64,000 nt of DNA from NCBI GenBank assembly GCA_964019425.1, contig OZ025801.1:558001-622000 (forward strand), in the 5' to 3' direction. Positions 57,977 through 64,000 of the stretch are shown piece by piece. Origin of the DNA: Flectonema sp. DT1601 (lineage: Eukaryota). Numbering within the stretch: position 1 is the stretch's first letter; the number at the start of each line of letters is the position of its first letter. The notes below the pieces were generated by a model that worked only from the letters and a program-made list of their open reading frames with translations, was not told the DNA's origin and did no database searches. The translations under genes were made by a program, and so were the position numbers.

Positions 57977-58362
57977 CTGTGTGCGTTAGGGTTTATGTTT
58001 GTTTGTTTGTTTTTATCCATTCATTTTTTTTTTTAGAGTATTCGCTGAGTTGAAAAGAAATACATGATATGTATTCTCAGATGGAAACTATTTTTCTAAC
58101 GGAAGCCTCCATCCAAGTCAGGCGCATCCCATTAAAGGACTCTTTTTTTGTCTCATCCGTGTGCTGCAAATTGCATGTGAGATAAAATAATAATAAAATC
58201 AACTAACAAGAATACCAAAACTCTGACTGCCTCATCTGATGGTAATCAGAGCAACTGAAAAAAAATCTCAAAAATTTTTTTTTTGAGAATGGCATTACTC
58301 GATTCGACACCTACCACTTGGATTAGGATTAGTTATAAATACGATTTATCTGTTAGTTTGTT

Positions 58363-58394
<32 letters not shown>

Positions 58395-58520
58395 CAATTA
58401 CATTATAAAAAACTGTTACCACTTCCCCTTTTTTTACAAAACAAAAATTTAAAAAAGAACAATATTATTCTTTTCTTTTTTTTTTTCTTTTTTTCAAAAA
58501 AAAAAAAAAAAAAAAAAAAA

Positions 58521-58613
58521 AAACCATTCAGATTAGCCTTATATTCCGCTGTCACAACGAGAGACCACAAAATATCAGCTTTCAATCTGAATAGTTTTCC
58601 GACTACGTCGGTA
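58521..58613 (+). mobile_element. Internally shortened F1 copy
   Basis: aaaccattcagatt...aatctgaatagtttt ccgactacgtcgg tac. Confidence 0.88.
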
Positions 58614-59038
58614 CCAACAAAGTTTTTTTTTTTTTAAAAAAAGAGGAGGAACATTCCAAATACCATTGATAAGATATCAGTAAAACTGTCTTTCTTCATT
58701 GAGATGGTGAGTAGCACCACACAATATAACACGAGAAATTAACAAAAAATCTGTTCTTTTTTTTTTTTTCTTTTGCCTGATAATTAGCACTTTATCAAAT
58801 ACATAACATGCAGTAAAGCTCGCATGTAAGACTAAAAAAATCAGATTTTATGCTTTCCCAATGTTGCAAGATGGAGTAGCACCACGCAATGCAACACCAG
58901 AAATTAACAAATTTATTCTCCAGTTGCCTTATGAGACAACAAAACACTTCTCAGCAACGTTCGCACGTGGGACTAAAAAAAGAAAATCAGATCTTCGATT
59001 TTGAGAAGGTTAGCAAATACAAAAAGAGAGGAAAAAAT

Positions 59039-59893
59039 TTAAACATCAAAATCTTCATGGAGGTCAACATCTGTAGGAGAAGGTGATTTCAATGCCGACG
59101 GTGTTGGTGTTGAAGAAAGTTGTAGATCACTACTACAATAACATATACTCATATCATCGTAAGTTGGATGTTCATTTGACCGATGAGGATTAAACCATAA
59201 GTCGTTAGCCTGTCCTGGATTGCTTTCACGGTAATGACATCCGTGAGGACGTTTAAAACCGAATCTTTCCATGTTAAGAGATGCTTTTTGAGAACCAAGA
59301 TGCAACCATCTCGATGCTGCCTCACATATTTCCATAGTTTTGATTTTAGAACATCCCAGTTCTGAACAACTTTCTTTGTGGGATACGAAGTACTTCGGCA
59401 TTAGATTTTCTAAAGTAATTTCACACTTGCAAATTGGATACGTCTGTCCAGATCCCCACATGAGACCAGATTCTTGACAACCAACAGGACATTTCCCGGC
59501 GTATAACTCAACCGTGTTGCGTCTTAATAGGAGTTCGTCTGTTGCTTTCTTTATTTTATGCCAATGGCGGTTGGGGATACCAGCGTTTGCGACGTCTTCT
59601 TCGGTAGCTTCACTGATGAATAACGGTTTGTCGAGGCCGTAGTTTATTAGTACTTTTTTATACTGAACTTGACCAGAATCAGTTAATATTTTAGTCAAAT
59701 CCTCTTCTTTGAATCTCGCTGTTCTTCTCGCGGAGGTCATCCTCCTCGATTTCATAAGAAACTCACCATTTCCCTCGTTCACTAAATAACAAGCGAGGGT
59801 TGTTGCGAATACAACCATTAGCGAAAACGTTATCAAGGGACCCTTTCCTATTGTTATTGTTTTTACATCCCCCATTGAGTTTATCCGTAACAT
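59039..59893 (-). CDS. Single-TM protein with SAM-like domain and Cys-rich C-terminal module
   Basis: N-terminal TM; SAM-like L..SG..QY...L...G....ISEATEEDV...GI...H..KI; Cys-rich C..I.T...C.AA..L.L...P.GC. Confidence 0.7.
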   Translation of the reverse strand: MLRINSMGDVKTITIGKGPLITFSLMVVFATTLACYLVNEGNGEFLMKSRRMTSARRTARFKEEDLTKILTDSGQVQYKKVLINYGLDKPLFISEATEEDVANAGIPNRHWHKIKKATDELLLRRNTVELYAGKCPVGCQESGLMWGSGQTYPICKCEITLENLMPKYFVSHKESCSELGCSKIKTMEICEAASRWLHLGSQKASLNMERFGFKRPHGCHYRESNPGQANDLWFNPHRSNEHPTYDDMSICYCSSDLQLSSTPTPSALKSPSPTDVDLHEDFDV

Positions 59894-60445
59894 TTTAGTT
59901 AGGAGAGTTCTGTTTGTTTATTAAACTAAAGATAAAAGAAAAAAAGAGAGTTAAGCAATAAGTAAAACGACACTCAAAATCTGTTTATTTGTTTGCTTGT
60001 GTTTTTTTTATGTAATCTTAAGTTAGAAATTTTGGTAGTTTTGAAAAACTAAAGATAATTACACTGATCTTGTTAGTTTTGAGAATTCGAAAAAAAAAAA
60101 AAAAGTATATATCTGAAAGAAAGAAAAAAGCAAAGAAAAGTTGTAAGTGAATCCATGTTGCCTCATGGAAGTTTAGTTTATTTTATTTTATTTTTGTTGT
60201 TTGTTGATTGTAGAAGCCATAACAATGTTAAGTACTATCACCGACAACAATAAACAAAAAAAACAAAAACGTAAGGGGAAAGAAAAGAAAAAAACGACGC
60301 AACGACGCAGTAAAATAAGTTGGGTAGTCAACAACCAATCGCAAAGAACAGATAAAAAAACATAAAAAAGCAACAACACACACGCGCACACATATCATGT
60401 GTGATAAATAAATAAGATTGAAAAAAGAAAACAACGACTCTCTTT

Positions 60446-61096
60446 TTATAATTTTGACTTCTTCTTACCATGAAGATGTTGGAGAAGGAAATTAATAGTT
60501 TGTGATATTGCTTTTGGAGAGACAGAACGAGAAGGTTTCTCGCAGGACTTAAACAAAACATCTCTGAACCCGAACTCTCTCAGCTTACGTTCTACATTCC
60601 GACCTGATTTTATAGTAGCAACTCGATCAAGGTCACCGTGAAGTAGTAGTATTGGAGTCTGGTAATGATGTGGTGATAGAGGATTACTCTTCTTTGGTTT
60701 TTTAAAAAACGAAGACATGCAAACGACAGCAACTGGCGGCACCTCCATACTCAACGAAGCCAACGTGACTGCGCCACCCTGACTGAAACCAACGATGGCT
60801 AAATTACTGCACCTAACCCTCTCCGTCTCGATTAACTGTTTTACTAAATGTAATCCGTCGCTCGGCATTTGCTCATTAAGAACATACCACATGGGAATAC
60901 CCTGTTCGTTGAGAGGTGCGGTGGGGATCACAAAACGTGTTTCTGGCATTCTCAAGGACATCGTTTGTATTATTTCATACCACAATAAAGCACTAGTTCC
61001 GTATCCATATAGCATAATACATGTTGATGTGTGATTATGTCCTTCACAGGGACCTATCTCTTCAATAGAAATTATTTCACGAGATTGAGTGGACAT
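60446..61096 (-). CDS. Acyl-protein thioesterase/carboxylesterase paralog, catalytic His apparently lost, PTS1
   Basis: FVIPTAP, GFSQGG, HGDLD; KPSRSV where the paralog has LPHSV; ends SKL. Confidence 0.88.
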   Translation of the reverse strand: MSTQSREIISIEEIGPCEGHNHTSTCIMLYGYGTSALLWYEIIQTMSLRMPETRFVIPTAPLNEQGIPMWYVLNEQMPSDGLHLVKQLIETERVRCSNLAIVGFSQGGAVTLASLSMEVPPVAVVCMSSFFKKPKKSNPLSPHHYQTPILLLHGDLDRVATIKSGRNVERKLREFGFRDVLFKSCEKPSRSVSPKAISQTINFLLQHLHGKKKSKL

Positions 61097-61396
61097 TTTT
61101 AACTCTGTGTTGGAATTATGATGTGAAAAAAAAGTCAATTTCAGTTCTTCAAAAAAAAAAAAAAAAAAAAAAAAAATTGTTGGCACAAGACAACAGATAG
61201 TGAGAAATAATTTTTCGAATCGGTTTTTTCCCGATGATTTCATACGTCATTTTTGGCTCATTTTTTAAAAACTTACAGATCCACCCAGAAACGTATACTA
61301 CGGTCACGGCCTTGTGTGGCTTTTTTTTGTAGTCAGGCAAGGCATCGAAGTCTGGTGTGCTTGATGCCTTGAAAGTATAATAAAAATATCAAACTA

Positions 61397-62068
61397 CTAC
61401 AACTTACTCTTATCACTGTTGTTATGAATCAAGTACTGAAGTAAGAAACCAACAACATCATTTATAACGTCAGGTGACACAGAGTGAGGAAGATCATAAG
61501 ACTTGAAAGAGACATTTGTAAATCCACAACTTGACAGCTTCGAAACAGAATTCTTGCCGGACTTGAACTTAACAACATCATCAAGAGTACCATGAGTTAT
61601 TAGAATGGGTGTTGCAGTAGTAGTCTTCGATAAGGATGATAAATATTTTAAAGGCGGTTTAGTAAAGAACGCTGACATAGAAACAGCGGCTGCAATTGGA
61701 AAGTCTCCGAACAATGATGCGAGAGTAACTGCGCCACCCTGACTAAACCCAATCACAGCCAGATTAGAACAGATGGCTGTTTCCATTTCTATTAGCGGAG
61801 AGAGTATGTCTAAGGCATTTGTAGGACTCTCTTTTTCAAAATCAAACCAACTATTAACACCTATCTTACTGACAGGTGCCGTAGGTATCACAAATCGAAC
61901 CGTAGGTAATCGTACAGACATTTCTCTTACTATCTCATACCAACCAACAGAACTATCACCGAAGCCGTGTAATACAAAACATGTGGCATTGTGTTCACTG
62001 CCTTCACATGGTCCTATCCAAATAGTTTTTGTAGCCTTGTCAATGGCCTCTCTTGGTGCTCCACTCAT
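61397..62068 (-). CDS. Acyl-protein thioesterase/lysophospholipase-like, PTS1
   Basis: LHGFGDS, GFSQGG, HGTLDDVV, LPHSV triad motifs; ends SKL. Confidence 0.93.
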   Translation of the reverse strand: MSGAPREAIDKATKTIWIGPCEGSEHNATCFVLHGFGDSSVGWYEIVREMSVRLPTVRFVIPTAPVSKIGVNSWFDFEKESPTNALDILSPLIEMETAICSNLAVIGFSQGGAVTLASLFGDFPIAAAVSMSAFFTKPPLKYLSSLSKTTTATPILITHGTLDDVVKFKSGKNSVSKLSSCGFTNVSFKSYDLPHSVSPDVINDVVGFLLQYLIHNNSDKSKL

Positions 62069-62141
62069 ACTGTGAGGTCTGTTTTATGATGAAATAAAAT
62101 GAAGTTTTTCTTTTATAAAAGAAAAAAAAAAAAAAAAAAAT

Positions 62142-63077
62142 TCATATTCCCCAAGGGATGTCGACGTCCATATCCATATCATCTTCCTTATCAGAATCGA
62201 CATAAGGATTCATTACGAGGTATTCATCTGCTGTTGAGTCTTCTTCTATTGATTGACTAGACTGTTTAATATTATTCCATACCCGTTCTGGTAGAAACTC
62301 TTTCTTCCTTAGGATAAGAGTCGTGTACAGCTCCATCAACTGTTTCTCACAAGGTGCTATTTTAGTACTGTTTCTCCAAACACCGTAGGAGTGGAGAAGT
62401 TTAGAATGAGGATGGACGTCGAAGTATGTGTACACGAACTCAACAACGTTGATACAGGATACTACTTCGAATCCTGCAGCCTCGCATAGTCGTAGGAAAA
62501 CACTTAAGTTCAGAAGGGTTAAGTTTTCAAATTTTGAACACCCTCCCACAGTTAATGACAACGGTCCCATTCGTTCATTTGATGCTGAATCAGAGTCGTT
62601 GTCGTTGTCGTGTAGCGAGAGTGTGAAAAGTTGATTTTGGAAAGTTCCATTCTTTCCTTCAACTTTAATTCTCCTATAAATCGCACCACTGTCAAGTAAC
62701 GTTGTAAACAGTAGTCCGTTGTCACGTATCCTCGATCTCATTTCGTTAAGAAACTTTTTCGCAAAATCTTTCTCTCCCAATTTTAGCATTACGGTGTCAC
62801 TTGTACAACCAACGACATCACATGAAGGAGGGAGAGAGGTCATTGATGTCCATCCATCACTTTTTCGTTTTTTTGCGGCACTACTCGCACCCTCAGACAC
62901 TGACGAGTCTTCACTATGAAACCAATGAATAGAAGAAATACATTCTCCTACTCTGACGTATTTCCCAACGTGATTTCCATCTGTCTCATAGTCTACAACA
63001 ACTGCTTGTTTTAAATCCGTGATACATCGTTGGACCAATAGTTCTTTTGTCCAACTAACCACACCTGCTGTTTGCAT
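62142..63077 (-). CDS. mRNA cap guanine-N7 methyltransferase-like protein (divergent)
   Basis: W.KELL, FL.EM..RI.DNGL.FTT..DSG.IY, NQLFTLS, L.NL..F..LC..AGFE and ELY..LI..K resemble the RNMT/Abd1 family; SAM-binding glycine motif not evident. Confidence 0.6.
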   Translation of the reverse strand: MQTAGVVSWTKELLVQRCITDLKQAVVVDYETDGNHVGKYVRVGECISSIHWFHSEDSSVSEGASSAAKKRKSDGWTSMTSLPPSCDVVGCTSDTVMLKLGEKDFAKKFLNEMRSRIRDNGLLFTTLLDSGAIYRRIKVEGKNGTFQNQLFTLSLHDNDNDSDSASNERMGPLSLTVGGCSKFENLTLLNLSVFLRLCEAAGFEVVSCINVVEFVYTYFDVHPHSKLLHSYGVWRNSTKIAPCEKQLMELYTTLILRKKEFLPERVWNNIKQSSQSIEEDSTADEYLVMNPYVDSDKEDDMDMDVDIPWGI

Positions 63078-63388
63078 GTTTTCTTTATTCCAAATGACTG
63101 CGTGTTAGGCGTATCATATTATGTGAACCTGTATTAGTGAGATTGTGGTGAGATGTGTTCACATTATTACACAACGAAATGTTATTTTTTTTTTTATAAA
63201 AAAAAAAACAACATTTCAACAGACGGGTTGGGGGAATTCTCTTTTCGTCTTACCAACCTGCGACAGGTGGAATGCTGTCGGAGTTGAGTGTAAATCAGAT
63301 ATATACCAACCTAATCATAATAACGACCTACCAAAGGACGTGTGTAATGACGTGACGTGTCTAAAGAATACCCTTCAGGTAAGAAAAG

Positions 63389-63602
63389 CTATTTCTTTGT
63401 CTGTTTAGCATCCATCATTTTCCTGTTTTTTTTTTTTTTTTTTTGAGTCTTAAGAACGAAAAAAAAAAAAAAAAAAAAAAAAAGAGAGAAACCATACTTA
63501 TTAAGCACAAGTGTGTATTCTGGTGTAGTTTGCTTGTGAACCAATCCCAGAGGATCAACGACGTTCGCAAGAACCCCAAGAAGACTCATCTCCCCTGAGG
63601 TC
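63389..63602 (-). CDS. Small spliced ORF or last exons of a gene entering from the right; 75-nt intron 63423-63497
   Basis: GTATGG donor and A19-CAG acceptor; spliced product MSLLGV...LNKKMMDAKQTKK*. Confidence 0.45.
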
Positions 63603-64000
63603 CTGTTACAAGAAAATATAAAATCGCAACCTACATTAATTACTTTGAGTGTCTAATTTTATTGATAGACGTCTAGAGAGACCTTACTTTCACAACTAAC
63701 TAGTCTGGTGAAAAAAGAAAAGAAGATAAATTATCATAACAAGCCATGTCACTCTCTCTCAAATAAGATAACCCGTAAGGGTCTCTTTTAACGAACGTAA
63801 TAATATTTCTAGTGAACGTATTCCAGTACTCGGTAGTCATTGTCTGCTTCCAATACATTTCCCGTAGTCATCGTGTTGCATGTTGTCTTTGGACAGCTGC
63901 CTTTCTTAGCACCTATCGTATGTTTATATGTTTTTATCCAACTAACTTTCTTTGAATCCCATTGAGAACACCAGTTCCCATTTAGTGTGTGGTACCAATT

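Noticed and set aside
58700..59000. Degenerate ~165-bp local duplication
   Set aside because: Ordinary tandem decay with no further structure.

Overview
Eukaryotic nuclear DNA, most likely a diplonemid (Euglenozoa). A 38-nt euglenozoan spliced-leader (SL) exon copy lies at 14111-14148(-). All ~17 host genes are on the minus strand, like a polycistronic directional cluster, and are separated by poly-A/poly-T rich spacers. Host genes include PI-phospholipase C, a WWE+macrodomain protein, a ZIP transporter, proteasome beta-3, an acylated WD40 protein, a secretory SET protein, a four-domain EEEE Ca2+ channel, two tandem PTS1-bearing thioesterases and a cap N7-methyltransferase-like protein. Mobile elements are the most interesting part. 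(1) A full-length APE-RT-RNaseH LINE whose 5' end is a chimera of SL + short-repeat RNA + a second SL relic, and whose two ORFs are in frame, separated by one TAA in a CARYYA readthrough context and followed by a 2A-like GxxxHPGP. (2) A Penelope-like RT with no visible GIY-YIG domain, fused to an OTU protease and zinc fingers. (3) About 10 copies of a short element with asymmetric inverted repeats plus a terminal hairpin. (4) A deleted piggyBac and a MITE with a 6-bp TSD. Cis introns are GT-AG but U-rich at the 5' end and A/C-rich before the AG. All calls come from reading motifs by eye; no database searches were run.
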